Below are positions 41,593 through 51,514 of a DNA stretch of 64,000 nt, one piece after another. The stretch is from Bacteroidales bacterium (lineage in GTDB: Bacteria; Bacteroidota; Bacteroidia; Bacteroidales; UBA12077). A program made the translations under genes and the position numbers. Numbering within the stretch: position 1 is the first letter of the stretch; every line of letters begins with the position of its first letter. The DNA is taken from positions 8,595 to 72,594 of the forward strand of contig JANQHR010000011.1 of the NCBI GenBank assembly GCA_028282585.1. Direction: 5' to 3'. The notes under the pieces are model-generated. The model was given only the letters and a program-made list of their open reading frames with translations. It had not been told where the DNA came from and searched no databases.

Positions 41593-43056
41593 ATGAAACT
41601 AAAACTCTTTATAGTACTTTTTTTTATTCCTGTTATCTTGTATTCTCAAGAAAAGTTAAATCTTGAGGAGTGCAGACAAATAGCTTTACAGCGAAATCGA
41701 AAAATCAAAGTAGCCGATGAGAATCAATATATGATAAACTCAATATCTAAAGCTGCTAAAACACAACATTATCCTCGATTTGGAGCAAACGGCGCATTTC
41801 TTAGAATGAATAAAGAGATTAGTTTATTAAGCGAAAACCTCTTTCTTCCTATTATACCGCAAGAAGCGATAACAAATGGTGTAATAAATGAAATAATTTT
41901 GGGCAGAAATCCTGATTTATTGCAACAGACCCTTGTATTAGACGATAATGGTAACATTGTATATGATGAAAGAGGAAATCCGGTTTTTAAGAATTATGCA
42001 TATCTGCCTGCTGATCAGGCTACTTTGGATTTAGATAATGTTTTTCTGTTAAATTTTAGTATGAAACAACCTGTTTATATGGGTGGTAAGATTAGAGAAA
42101 TTAACAGAATGGCACAATTTGCTGAAGATCTGTTCCATGCAAAAAAGGTTTTAACAGAAACAGAAGTAATAGTAGAAACAGACGAAAAATACTGGCAGGT
42201 TATTTCGCTGCAAGAAAAGGTTAAATTAACGACTTCCTATAAACAAATGATTGAAAACCTTCTTGCGGATCTTAATAATTTTTACGAAGAAGGAATTGTT
42301 ACAAAAAACGACGTTTTAAAAGCTAAGGTAAAATATAATGAAGTAGGTTTAAAACTTTTAAAAGCTACAAATGGACTAAAATTAGCTCAAATGTCATTGA
42401 ATCAAACCTTGGGTTTCCCTTTAGATACAATTATTCAATTAACTGACACAATCATTATAAATTATCAGTTTAAAGAAAAAAATATTACAGCAACAGAAGC
42501 TATTCAAAACAGAGCTGAATTAGATATGTTGAATTCTACAATTAGGATTGCGGAATCTGCAGAGAATGTTATGAAATCAAGATATCTTCCAAATGTTGGT
42601 TTAACTGCGAATTACTTATTTATGAATCCTAATCCTTATAATGGATTTAAAAAAGAATTTGGAGCCGATTGGAATGTAGGCGTTTATCTAAATATTCCTA
42701 TTTGGCACTGGAATGATAAAAAATATACAATACAAGCAACAAAGCATAAAACGAATGCTTTTAAAGAACAGTTGGCTGAAAGCGAAGAATTAATTACGCT
42801 TGAGGTAAAACAAACCGAATTTAAATATACTGAATCAGTTAAAAAAGTGGAAATGACTCATATGGCTTTACAACAAGCTAAAGAGAATCTGGATGTTACA
42901 CAAGATAGTTTTGATGAGGGAATTATAAATACAACTGATTTGTTGGAAGCACAAACTATATGGCAAGAGGCTTATTCGGAATACATTGACGCAAAAACAG
43001 AAAATAAAATTTTTGAAACAGAATTATTTAGGGTAACCGGCCAATTAAAATATTAA
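41593..43056 (+). CDS. TolC family outer membrane efflux protein
   Basis: LNLEECRQIAL, QPVYMGGKI, IPIWHW, TDLLEAQ. Confidence 0.92.
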   Translation: MKLKLFIVLFFIPVILYSQEKLNLEECRQIALQRNRKIKVADENQYMINSISKAAKTQHYPRFGANGAFLRMNKEISLLSENLFLPIIPQEAITNGVINEIILGRNPDLLQQTLVLDDNGNIVYDERGNPVFKNYAYLPADQATLDLDNVFLLNFSMKQPVYMGGKIREINRMAQFAEDLFHAKKVLTETEVIVETDEKYWQVISLQEKVKLTTSYKQMIENLLADLNNFYEEGIVTKNDVLKAKVKYNEVGLKLLKATNGLKLAQMSLNQTLGFPLDTIIQLTDTIIINYQFKEKNITATEAIQNRAELDMLNSTIRIAESAENVMKSRYLPNVGLTANYLFMNPNPYNGFKKEFGADWNVGVYLNIPIWHWNDKKYTIQATKHKTNAFKEQLAESEELITLEVKQTEFKYTESVKKVEMTHMALQQAKENLDVTQDSFDEGIINTTDLLEAQTIWQEAYSEYIDAKTENKIFETELFRVTGQLKY

Positions 43057-43059
43057 TCC

Positions 43060-44094
43060 ATGAGAGCAATTGTAATCATTATAATTACAGCTTTAAGTTT
43101 TACAGCCTGTAATAATAAAAAAGAGGTGGAACAGGAAAGCCCTGTTTTAATTCCTGTACTTGTTTCAAAATCTGTTGAAAAGGAATTTAGTCCTGAGTTA
43201 GCTTTCTCTGGTACAGCGTTTGCAAAAAAGGAAGCAAACTTAGGAACGGCTGTACCAGGAAGAGTGGAGAAAATTCATTTTAATGAGGGACAAAAAGTTA
43301 AAAAGGGCGATTTGTTAGCTGAACTTTCATCGGAACTATATATGCAAGCGCTTATTGAAAGAAATGCATTAAAAAAAGATTTTGATCGGGTAAGCAGGTT
43401 ACGAGACAAAGGTAGTTTAAGTGAGCAAGATTATGATCATGTAAAAGCAAAATACGATGCGTCCGTTGCTAAAACTGAAATGATGAAAAAGAATTCTGAA
43501 ATAAGAGCCCCTTTCCACGGTATCGTGGTAGATCATATTGTCAAAGAAGGGGAAAACTATTTTTTTGCTCCTTACCTAAAACCAGGTTATTCCATGACAT
43601 CTGGCATTGTAAAATTGATGCAACTGGAAGTGCTTAATGTTGAAATAGATATCAATGAAAAAGATCTTTCAAAAGTATATAAAGGACAAAAGGCCAAAGT
43701 TATATTCGATGCATATCCGGATAAGGCATATCAGGGAAAATTAGCTATGGTCGAACCCATTTTGTCGACGCTTTCAAGAACCGCTAAAGGGCAGGTAATA
43801 ATTAACAATTATGATTTACTAATCAAACCCGGTATGTATGCAAAAGTATTTATAGAATTACCAAAAATTAAAGCAACATTTGTTACAAATGAATCAATAT
43901 ACAGGCAACCAGGAACAGGTAATGATTTTGTATATATAGTTAATGGAAACATGATTAACAAAACACAAATAAAAAGACTTTATACAGTTGAAGAATTAGT
44001 TGCGGTGAATGGAATCAAGCCTAATGAAACAATAGTTGTAGCAGGAAAAAATAAATTAAGAGACGGAATGAAGGTTGAAATTAAAGAAAAATAG
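43060..44094 (+). CDS. RND efflux periplasmic adaptor (lipoprotein)
   Basis: Lipobox FTAC; GRVEKIHFNEGQKVKKGDLL; IRAPFHG; KPGMYA. Confidence 0.93.
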   Translation: MRAIVIIIITALSFTACNNKKEVEQESPVLIPVLVSKSVEKEFSPELAFSGTAFAKKEANLGTAVPGRVEKIHFNEGQKVKKGDLLAELSSELYMQALIERNALKKDFDRVSRLRDKGSLSEQDYDHVKAKYDASVAKTEMMKKNSEIRAPFHGIVVDHIVKEGENYFFAPYLKPGYSMTSGIVKLMQLEVLNVEIDINEKDLSKVYKGQKAKVIFDAYPDKAYQGKLAMVEPILSTLSRTAKGQVIINNYDLLIKPGMYAKVFIELPKIKATFVTNESIYRQPGTGNDFVYIVNGNMINKTQIKRLYTVEELVAVNGIKPNETIVVAGKNKLRDGMKVEIKEK

Positions 44095-44122
44095 ATTCAG
44101 GCTTAATAAAAATTTAAAGCTT

Positions 44123-47100
44123 ATGAAATTACCAAAAGCAAGTGTTAACAGGCCTGTAGCTACCGCAATGGCATTTATAGCCATACTTTTATTTGGTTTG
44201 GTTTCTTTAAAAAAACTCCCTTTGGATATTATGCCCGAAATGGAGCTTCCTACCTTAACTATAATGACCATATATCCGGGAGCTTCAGCAAACGAAGTTG
44301 AAGAACAGGTAACAAAAGTTCTTGAAGAAATATTGGCAGGAACTGAAGGATTGAAGGATATTACTTCTGATTCTCAAGAGAACATTTCATTTATAGCGTT
44401 GCAATTTGAGTGGGGGAGCAATATTACTAATGCTGCCAATGATGCACGCGATTTATTGGAATTAACCAAAAGAAAGCTACCGGAAGATGCCGAAAATCCA
44501 ATAATTTATAAAGTAAATTCATCACTATTTCCAATTCTTGTGTATGGTGTAACGGCCGATGAGAATTACTATGGGATAAATAATATTATTAAAGATGAAA
44601 TTGTAGGCCCTTTAAAAATGGTCAAAGGAGTTGGTTCCGTAGTATACATGGGACAGCCTGAACGAGAAATAAAAGTAAATGTTGATCCTCAAAAATTAGC
44701 TGCTTATGGTTTATCAATAAGTCAGATATCAACAATTTTAGAAGCAGAAAATATAACTATCCCAGGCGGCAATATAAAAGTTGGAATTAATGATTTTGCT
44801 GTAAAAGTTCCCGGAAAATTTCAAAGTATTTCGCAAATTGAAAATGTTGTACTTGTTAATTATCAAGGAAGAATAATTAAATTAAAAGACATTGCCACCG
44901 TTAAGGATGGATATAAAGAAAAGGATGAGTGGGCCAGGTCAAAAAATGGTTTGGGAGTTGCACTTTTAATTCAAAAACAATCTGGAGTAAATACCCTGGA
45001 GGTTGCCAATGGTATCAGAAGCAAGATGGAAGAAATAGAGAAAAAACTGCCATCGGATATGGAGGTTTTTGAAATAATAAATACAGATGAATTGATTGTT
45101 GAATCAATTGATAATTTAACAGAAACCTTATGGTGGGCACTTTTATTTGTAACCTTAGTAGTATTTGCATTTCTTCGTGAATGGAGGTCAAGTTTAATTG
45201 TTCTGTTAACTATTCCTTTTTCTTTGATCATAGCTTTTATAGTGATGTTTATCATCGATTACACGATTAATATTTTTTCTTTAATGGCTATTGTAATTGC
45301 CATTGGAATGGTTGTTGACAATGCTATTGTGGTTTTAGAAAATATCACCCGCCATATTGAACAGGGATCAAGACCTAAACAAGCATCAATTTTTGGTTCC
45401 GGTGAAATGGGAATGGCTATTACAGCATCAACTACTACAACCTTAATGGTTTTTATTCCTATGATTTTTGTTGGTGGTGTCGTTGGGTTACTTTTTAAGC
45501 AGCTTGCAATTATAACTTCAGTTACTATGGTTGCTTCTCTGGTAACCTCACTTTCATTAACTCCAATGGTTTCATCAAAGTTGTTGAAAGGATTAAAAAA
45601 AGAAAAGGACTTAAAACCAAAAACAAAATTCTATAAATGGTCGGAAAACCGATTCATAGTATTGGAAAGTGCTTATAAAAATGTATTAAATTGGTCTATA
45701 CATCATAAGTTTCTTACCGTTTCAATTGCAATTGTAATTTTTAGTATAAGCATTATACTTGGAAAAAACTTAGGTTCGGATTATATTCCAGCCTTTGATG
45801 CAGGGGATATTTCACTGGTTTTTGAAACGGAAATTGGAACCAGTGCTAAAGAAACTGACCGGGTTGCACAAAAGGTAATGCAGATTTTTGAAGAAGAAGT
45901 TCCTGAAATGTCACCTGGGTCGCTGTCTTCAATTACAGGTCAAACAGATGGTGGAACATTGAAGTCGGTTGGTTTTGATGAGGGTAAAAACATATGTACT
46001 GTAATTGCACATTTAGTAAAGCCTCATAAAAGAGAAAGATCTGCAATTGAAATTGGTGAGGTTTTAAGACAAAAAGTTTCTGAAATTCCGGAAATTGATA
46101 AATTTCATATTACTGCAGGAAGCATCATTTCAGAAGCGATCACGGGAAGCGTAAAGCCTATTGAAGTTGAAATTACAGGTAATGACTACCATAAAATTAA
46201 TGAATATGCAAGAGCATTATATGCTAAAATGTTAGACATTAAGGGGCTTACAGATTTACAAACAACTATTGATGACGGTAAACTGGAAATACAAATTGAT
46301 ATTGATAAAGATAAAGCTTCGGCATTGTCTTTAAATACTGCAATGATTGCAATGCAGGTGCGTCAAAGTATTTTTGGTTCAAAAGCAGGCGAATACACTG
46401 AATCGGGAGAGGATTATAAAATAAATGTGAGGTATGCTCCTATGTATCGTTCAAAAATAGAAAGTATAGGCGATATTCAAATCATGAATTTACGGGGGGA
46501 GCAGATTCCAATTTCTGCAATTGCAGAAATTAAAACAGGAACTGGGCCGTTGTCTATAAAGCACAAGTCGCAACAAAGAATTGTAAAAGTTATGGCTAAC
46601 CTAATTAATATATCATTAGGAGAAGCAGCGGAAGAAGTTAAAAATTTAATCGATACAATGCCAATTCCTGATGATGTTGATGTAGTGCTTTCAGGACAAA
46701 TAAAAGAACAAGGAGAATCATTTACCGATTTATATATAATTCTTATTATTGGTGTGATGCTGGTTTATATGGTAATGGCAGCTCAGTTTGAATCTTTGAG
46801 TGATCCGTTTATAATTATGTTTGCAATTCCATTCAGCTTTGTAGGAATTATTCTTGCGTTTTTTGTAACCGGAGTTACCTTAAGTGTAACAACTTTTATT
46901 GGAGTTATTATGCTTATGGGAATCGTGGTAAACAATGGAATAGTATTGGTGGATTATACAAATTTACTTCGTAAAAGAGGTTATCTTATAAAAGAGGCTG
47001 TTGTAGAATCTGGTCGATCGAGGATGCGCCCGGTTTTGATGACATCTTTCACGACAATGCTTGGAATGCTACCAATGGCATTAAGTAAAGGTATGGGTCG

Positions 47101-47215
47101 AGAGATGTATGCTCCACTTGGAGTAACAGTTATTGGAGGATTATTGGTTTCAACAATAGTTACGCTTATTTTGGTGCCTACCATTTATGGTATCTTTCAT
47201 AGAAAGGAAAATTAA
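44123..47215 (+). CDS. RND efflux permease (AcrB/AcrD/AcrF family)
   Basis: SVNRPV, YPGAS, GMVVDNAIVV, GIVVNNGIVLVD, RMRPVLMTS; start ATG 44123. Confidence 0.96.
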   Translation: MKLPKASVNRPVATAMAFIAILLFGLVSLKKLPLDIMPEMELPTLTIMTIYPGASANEVEEQVTKVLEEILAGTEGLKDITSDSQENISFIALQFEWGSNITNAANDARDLLELTKRKLPEDAENPIIYKVNSSLFPILVYGVTADENYYGINNIIKDEIVGPLKMVKGVGSVVYMGQPEREIKVNVDPQKLAAYGLSISQISTILEAENITIPGGNIKVGINDFAVKVPGKFQSISQIENVVLVNYQGRIIKLKDIATVKDGYKEKDEWARSKNGLGVALLIQKQSGVNTLEVANGIRSKMEEIEKKLPSDMEVFEIINTDELIVESIDNLTETLWWALLFVTLVVFAFLREWRSSLIVLLTIPFSLIIAFIVMFIIDYTINIFSLMAIVIAIGMVVDNAIVVLENITRHIEQGSRPKQASIFGSGEMGMAITASTTTTLMVFIPMIFVGGVVGLLFKQLAIITSVTMVASLVTSLSLTPMVSSKLLKGLKKEKDLKPKTKFYKWSENRFIVLESAYKNVLNWSIHHKFLTVSIAIVIFSISIILGKNLGSDYIPAFDAGDISLVFETEIGTSAKETDRVAQKVMQIFEEEVPEMSPGSLSSITGQTDGGTLKSVGFDEGKNICTVIAHLVKPHKRERSAIEIGEVLRQKVSEIPEIDKFHITAGSIISEAITGSVKPIEVEITGNDYHKINEYARALYAKMLDIKGLTDLQTTIDDGKLEIQIDIDKDKASALSLNTAMIAMQVRQSIFGSKAGEYTESGEDYKINVRYAPMYRSKIESIGDIQIMNLRGEQIPISAIAEIKTGTGPLSIKHKSQQRIVKVMANLINISLGEAAEEVKNLIDTMPIPDDVDVVLSGQIKEQGESFTDLYIILIIGVMLVYMVMAAQFESLSDPFIIMFAIPFSFVGIILAFFVTGVTLSVTTFIGVIMLMGIVVNNGIVLVDYTNLLRKRGYLIKEAVVESGRSRMRPVLMTSFTTMLGMLPMALSKGMGREMYAPLGVTVIGGLLVSTIVTLILVPTIYGIFHRKEN

Positions 47216-47235
47216 TTATGAATTATAAATTATCA
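47215..47235 (+). repeat. Left heptamer array ATTATNA x3
   Basis: ATTATGA ATTATAA ATTATCA. Confidence 0.6.
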
Positions 47236-47246
47236 ATGAAAATGTA

Positions 47247-47592
47247 ATGATTAATAAATCTTTTGATTTTGCTTTACAATTAGTTGAATTATATAAATTC
47301 TTAACAAATAATAAGAAAGAATTTATAATGGCAAAGCAATTATTAAAGTCTGGAACTTCAGTAGGTGCTAATGTAAAGGAAGCTATAGCAGCTTCTAACA
47401 AAAAGGATTTTGTAAATAATGTTAACAATATCGGCAAAAGGAGCAAGAGAAACATCATATTGGTTAAGACTTTTATACAAAAGTGATTATTTAAATCAAA
47501 CTCAATTTGCTAGTTTACATAACCTTAATTTAGAGATTATTAAAATTATAAATAGTATCGTTATTATTACTCGAAAACATCACAATTTATAA
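47247..47592 (+). pseudogene. Four-helix-bundle (23S rRNA intervening-sequence protein family) gene with a frameshift
   Basis: KSFDFAL...KQLLKSGTSVGANVKEA...KKDF; after one extra base near 47420 the next frame continues LTISAKGARETSYWLRLL...IIKIINSI to TAA at 47590-47592. Confidence 0.85.
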
Positions 47593-47614
47593 TTACTAAT
47601 TTAAAATTTATAAT
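47580..47614 (+). repeat. Right heptamer array (TNNNAAT x5), inverse of the left array
   Basis: TCACAAT TTATAAT TACTAAT TTAAAAT TTATAAT. Confidence 0.6.
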
Positions 47615-47624
47615 TCAGTAAGCT

Positions 47625-47930
47625 ATGAAAATGATTTATGTTACGTGCAATGTAAGTGTTAGAGAGCCTTTGTTAAAAATGCTGGAAGAAAACGATATAA
47701 AAGATTATCAGGTAATTGAACAGGTAACAGCAAAAAGTGTAAAAGGTGAACCTCGTTTTAATACAGCTGTATGGCCAGGATATAATTCATCTATATTTAT
47801 GCAATTCTCAGATGATAACAGAGCAAAGGAAGTAATGCAATTAATTAAAGATTTTAACAAATCTCTTTTTAATGATAATGAGTTAATAACCGCATGTTCC
47901 TGGACACTTAATGATTATTTTTATGATTGA
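47625..47930 (+). CDS. PG0541-family PII-like transporter-associated protein
   Basis: GEPRFNTAVWPGYNS motif; lies directly after the RND genes. Confidence 0.8.
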   Translation: MKMIYVTCNVSVREPLLKMLEENDIKDYQVIEQVTAKSVKGEPRFNTAVWPGYNSSIFMQFSDDNRAKEVMQLIKDFNKSLFNDNELITACSWTLNDYFYD

Positions 47931-47991
47931 TCTTTAATATTAGTATTATAAAAATATGTATAGAAAATGTTATCTTGGTACTTATTATAAA

Positions 47992-48031
47992 CCAACTTGT
48001 CACCTACCTGCCAGCAGGCAGGGCAGACAGG
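47992..48031. repeat. Nested pair of 20-bp palindromic elements (copies 2 and 3)
   Basis: CCAACTTGTCA[CCTACCTGCCAGCAGGCAGG]GCAGACAGG. Confidence 0.75.
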
Positions 48032-48046
48032 CTAAAATTTAACGAT

Positions 48047-48514
48047 ATGAAAATGAGATTATTTTTTATTTCTCTGATAGCAGGATTATTTATTACACCA
48101 AATCTAATTGCTCAAGATGCTGATAAAATATTAGGATATTGGTTAACACAGGATGGAGATTCTCAGATTAAAATATTTAAAGCTAAAAATGGGAAATATT
48201 ATGGTAATATTAAATGGTTAGATGAGCCAAACGAAGAAGATGGTTCTCCAAAATTGGATAACAAAAATGATGACCCTGAATTACAGAAAAGAACAATTCT
48301 AGGTCTTCAAATTCTAAAAGCATTTAAATACGATGAAAACGATCAGGAATGGATCGATGGAACTATTTATGATCCACAGAATGGAAAAACGTATAAATGT
48401 TATATGTGGTTTGAAGATGGTGATGATAAGACTTTACACGTAAAAGGATTCATTGGAATTTCGGTAATTGGTAGAGAAGTAGAATGGATTAGAGAAGAAA
48501 AATTAAGAGGATAA
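48047..48514 (+). CDS. DUF2147 domain secreted protein
   Basis: Signal peptide; ILGYWLT, GTIYDPQNGKTY, KGFIG..GR..W; start ATG 48047. Confidence 0.9.
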   Translation: MKMRLFFISLIAGLFITPNLIAQDADKILGYWLTQDGDSQIKIFKAKNGKYYGNIKWLDEPNEEDGSPKLDNKNDDPELQKRTILGLQILKAFKYDENDQEWIDGTIYDPQNGKTYKCYMWFEDGDDKTLHVKGFIGISVIGREVEWIREEKLRG

Positions 48515-48535
48515 CTATGCAATAATATATCTAAG

Positions 48536-48728
48536 GAGGTGTCTAAAAAGTTAGAATTTTTCTTTGTTCTGTAAATCTGCAATTACCCTATCTCTAATGC
48601 CTGCCTGTTAGTAGACAAGATGTATTTTGATTTACAGCACTTTATTCCAGCCAACCTGGTAAATTGGCTTTAGGGTTTGGGCAAAAAAATAGCTGAGAAG
48701 GATATAATTTAAACTTTTGGATACCGTC
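48536..48728. mobile_element. Putative degenerate MITE (~193 bp)
   Basis: Ends GAGGTGTCTAAAAAGTT and AACTTTTGGATACCGTC form an imperfect inverted repeat; internal IR CTGTAAATC / GATTTACAG. Confidence 0.45.
48600..48619. repeat. 20-bp palindromic element, copy 4
   Basis: CCTGCCTGTTAGTAGACAAG. Confidence 0.65.
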
Positions 48729-48745
48729 ATGTTATCTAAATAATT

Positions 48746-49396
48746 ATGGATAATAAAGAGGTTATTAATAAAACTATTGATTTTGTAAAAGATAAACTTA
48801 GAGGAGATAGCTCTGGTCATGATTGGTGGCATATTTATAGGGTATGGAATATGTCAAAGAAACTTCAAGAAAAGGAAGGAGGAAACCTGTTTATAATAGA
48901 GATGGCTGCATTATTGCACGATGTTGGTGATTGGAAGTTTCATGAAAAAGAAGAAGAAGGAATAGATATTATTAAAAATTGGCTGGATCAATCTGATATT
49001 TCTGAATCCGTCAAAATAAGAATTGTAGACATAATTAGTAATGTTTCATTTAAAGGGTCCGGAGTTAAGGATAAAATGGAATCTATAGAAGGAAAAATTG
49101 TTCAAGATGCTGATCGAATAGATGCTATAGGAGCAATTGGAGTTGCTCGCACATTTGCATTTGGTGGAAAGTTTGGCAATCCAATGTTCGATCCGAATGT
49201 TAAAGTTAAAATGCATAATAATTTCGAAGAGTATAAAAATTCAAAAGGAACTACCATAAATCACTTTTATGAGAAACTCTTACTTTTAAAGGATCGGATA
49301 AGTACCAATACTGCGAAACAAATTGCTAGAGAGAGACATTCATATATGGAAAATTTCCTGAAGCAGTTTTATGATGAATGGGAAAGCATTAAATAA
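48746..49396 (+). CDS. HD domain phosphohydrolase (YedJ-like)
   Basis: GHDWWHIYRV, ALLHD, VQDADRIDAIGAIG, HFYEKLL. Confidence 0.93.
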   Translation: MDNKEVINKTIDFVKDKLRGDSSGHDWWHIYRVWNMSKKLQEKEGGNLFIIEMAALLHDVGDWKFHEKEEEGIDIIKNWLDQSDISESVKIRIVDIISNVSFKGSGVKDKMESIEGKIVQDADRIDAIGAIGVARTFAFGGKFGNPMFDPNVKVKMHNNFEEYKNSKGTTINHFYEKLLLLKDRISTNTAKQIARERHSYMENFLKQFYDEWESIK

Positions 49397-49469
49397 AGTT
49401 AATTTTGTTTTAATTCAGATAGTTTGATAAAGATTATTATTCTTTTTTTAGCGTAAAGATCATAATGAG

Positions 49470-50162
49470 ATGAGAAATATTACACGATTTTTTGCAGATT
49501 TTTTTAATTTATTCTTTCCAGACTTGTGTATTGTCTGTAATTCGCGATTAATAAATCAGGAAGACTTATTATGTACAAAGTGTTTATATAACCTGCCTAA
49601 AACAAATTACCATAAAGAAATTGATAATCCCGTCTCCAAGTTATTTTGGGGACGCACAAAGATTGAATATGCAACAGCCTTTTTCTCTTTTAGCAAAGGA
49701 AGTAATTATCAATATATGATGCATAAGTTTAAATATCATGGTAAAAAAGAAATAGGTTTTGTTTTAGGTAAATCATTTGGGAATCAACTAAGGAATAGTG
49801 TATTTAAAGAAGCAGATATAGTAATACCTGTTCCCCTCCATAAATTTAAACTCAAGAAAAGAGGTTATAATCAAAGTGATTGGATAGGAAAAGGATTAGC
49901 AGAGGCACTTAAAATCCCAATTGATACAAAATCGCTCATTAGATCTGTTGCTACAGAAACTCAAACCCGCAAATCGAGATTTGACCGTTGGAAAAATGTA
50001 GAAAGTATTTTCAAGGTTATGCATAAGGAAAATTTAAAAGGAAAACATATTTTATTAGTTGATGATGTGGTTACAACAGGTTCTACTCTTGAAGCATGTG
50101 CAAATTCATTACTTGAATTGGAAAATACAAAGGTAAGCATCGCAACATTAGCAGTAGCTTAA
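49470..50162 (+). CDS. ComF family phosphoribosyltransferase-like protein
   Basis: N-terminal CxxC...CxxC, PVPLH, RGYNQS, LLVDDVVTTGSTL. Confidence 0.93.
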   Translation: MRNITRFFADFFNLFFPDLCIVCNSRLINQEDLLCTKCLYNLPKTNYHKEIDNPVSKLFWGRTKIEYATAFFSFSKGSNYQYMMHKFKYHGKKEIGFVLGKSFGNQLRNSVFKEADIVIPVPLHKFKLKKRGYNQSDWIGKGLAEALKIPIDTKSLIRSVATETQTRKSRFDRWKNVESIFKVMHKENLKGKHILLVDDVVTTGSTLEACANSLLELENTKVSIATLAVA

Positions 50163-50178
50163 AATGTTTATAAATAAA

Positions 50179-50748
50179 CTAAATTTCTCCCCAACGTTTA
50201 GCATTAATTTCAAAACCCGCAAGATCTAGAACACGATTTATTACAGTTGCAATTACTTCATCCGTATTTCTAGGTTTTGAGTAAAAGGAAGGTGTTGCAG
50301 GACAGATGATTCCTCCCGCTAAAGTAATTGTTTCCATATTCCTTATATGAATCAGGTTATATGGAATTTCCCTGGGAACTAATATGAGTTTTTGTTTTTC
50401 TTTTAAAATTACATCAGCTGCTCTTGTTATTAGATCATTAGATACTCCATTTGCGATTCTTCCAAGTGTTCCCATCGAGCAAGGACAGATTATCATCGTA
50501 TCGTATTGGGCAGAACCCGATGCGAAAGGGGCATAAAAATCATTAGGTTCATATTGTTTAAAACGATAATTTAAATAAGAGTTGTTTTCTAATTCATATT
50601 CCCAAATCTCCTTGGCATTTTTTGAAAACACTACTCCGACTTCAGAGATTTGATTCTCTAATGTGGATAATTTATCTAATAAAGATTTTGCATATATTGA
50701 ACCACTAGCTCCGGTTACTGCTATTATTATTTTGTGTTTTTTTATCAT
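50179..50748 (-). CDS. ubiX: Flavin prenyltransferase
   Basis: VTGASGSIY, FASGS, PCSMGTL, RAADV.LKE, PSFY. Confidence 0.95.
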   Translation of the reverse strand: MIKKHKIIIAVTGASGSIYAKSLLDKLSTLENQISEVGVVFSKNAKEIWEYELENNSYLNYRFKQYEPNDFYAPFASGSAQYDTMIICPCSMGTLGRIANGVSNDLITRAADVILKEKQKLILVPREIPYNLIHIRNMETITLAGGIICPATPSFYSKPRNTDEVIATVINRVLDLAGFEINAKRWGEI

Positions 50749-51353
50749 TCCCCAAATCTTGCAATTTGATAATAAACAGCAAATGTCAATACATTGTTGT
50801 ATTGGCCACGGTTTAAATAATAAGTTTGATCTCCCGGATGATCTCTCACAGGTAAAATAGAATAATTAAAACGTATATTGAAAAAAAAGTTATCGGTGAT
50901 TTGGTATTCTATTCCTGCAAGTCCTGAAAGCTCAAATTCATCAAAAGCAGGATCAGCCGGTTCATCTCCAATTTTATCTTTGTTTTCAGTTGATTTTTGG
51001 AGGTAACCCACAGTTAACCCCACATTAGCACTAAATTTCCCCAAAAAATGATATTTCAAAAACAATGGTAATTCAACATAATTTAATTTGGAGACGTAAA
51101 AAACACTTTGATCTTTATTGTCGGATTTGCTCCCCTTCTGAATATATCTTAGTTCTAGCTGAGCATCCACATATTGGTTTAACTGAGCATTTGTGTAGAT
51201 TCCAAAAGCCAATCCGGGCTTAGAATACCCTCCCCATTGATCACCATCTAATTGCGAAGCAGATAAACCGGCAAAAACTCCTCCACCAAATGTTTGAGCT
51301 AATATTATATTAGAAAAAGTTGTAATTAGTAATAGAATAATGATTTTTTTCAT
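50745..51353 (-). CDS. Outer membrane beta-barrel (porin family, PorT-like) protein
   Basis: Signal peptide; ELRYIQKG, LNYVELP, alternating beta strands. Confidence 0.82.
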   Translation of the reverse strand: MKKIIILLLITTFSNIILAQTFGGGVFAGLSASQLDGDQWGGYSKPGLAFGIYTNAQLNQYVDAQLELRYIQKGSKSDNKDQSVFYVSKLNYVELPLFLKYHFLGKFSANVGLTVGYLQKSTENKDKIGDEPADPAFDEFELSGLAGIEYQITDNFFFNIRFNYSILPVRDHPGDQTYYLNRGQYNNVLTFAVYYQIARFGE

Positions 51354-51514
51354 AAAATATTTAACTAATCTTAAATGGCTAAAGTAATCAAAAATAATAA
51401 AGAAGTGCTTTTATTTATTAAGGTTTATTAGCAAACTTTAACACTTTTCTCACGTATAGAAAGGTATAGTTTTTGTTATTTTGTATATTATATTACAATT
51501 AACAAACCTTGCTT

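Noticed and set aside
47215-47614. Possible diversity-generating retroelement (Avd-like gene)
   Set aside because: No reverse transcriptase and no TR/VR repeat pair seen in the window.
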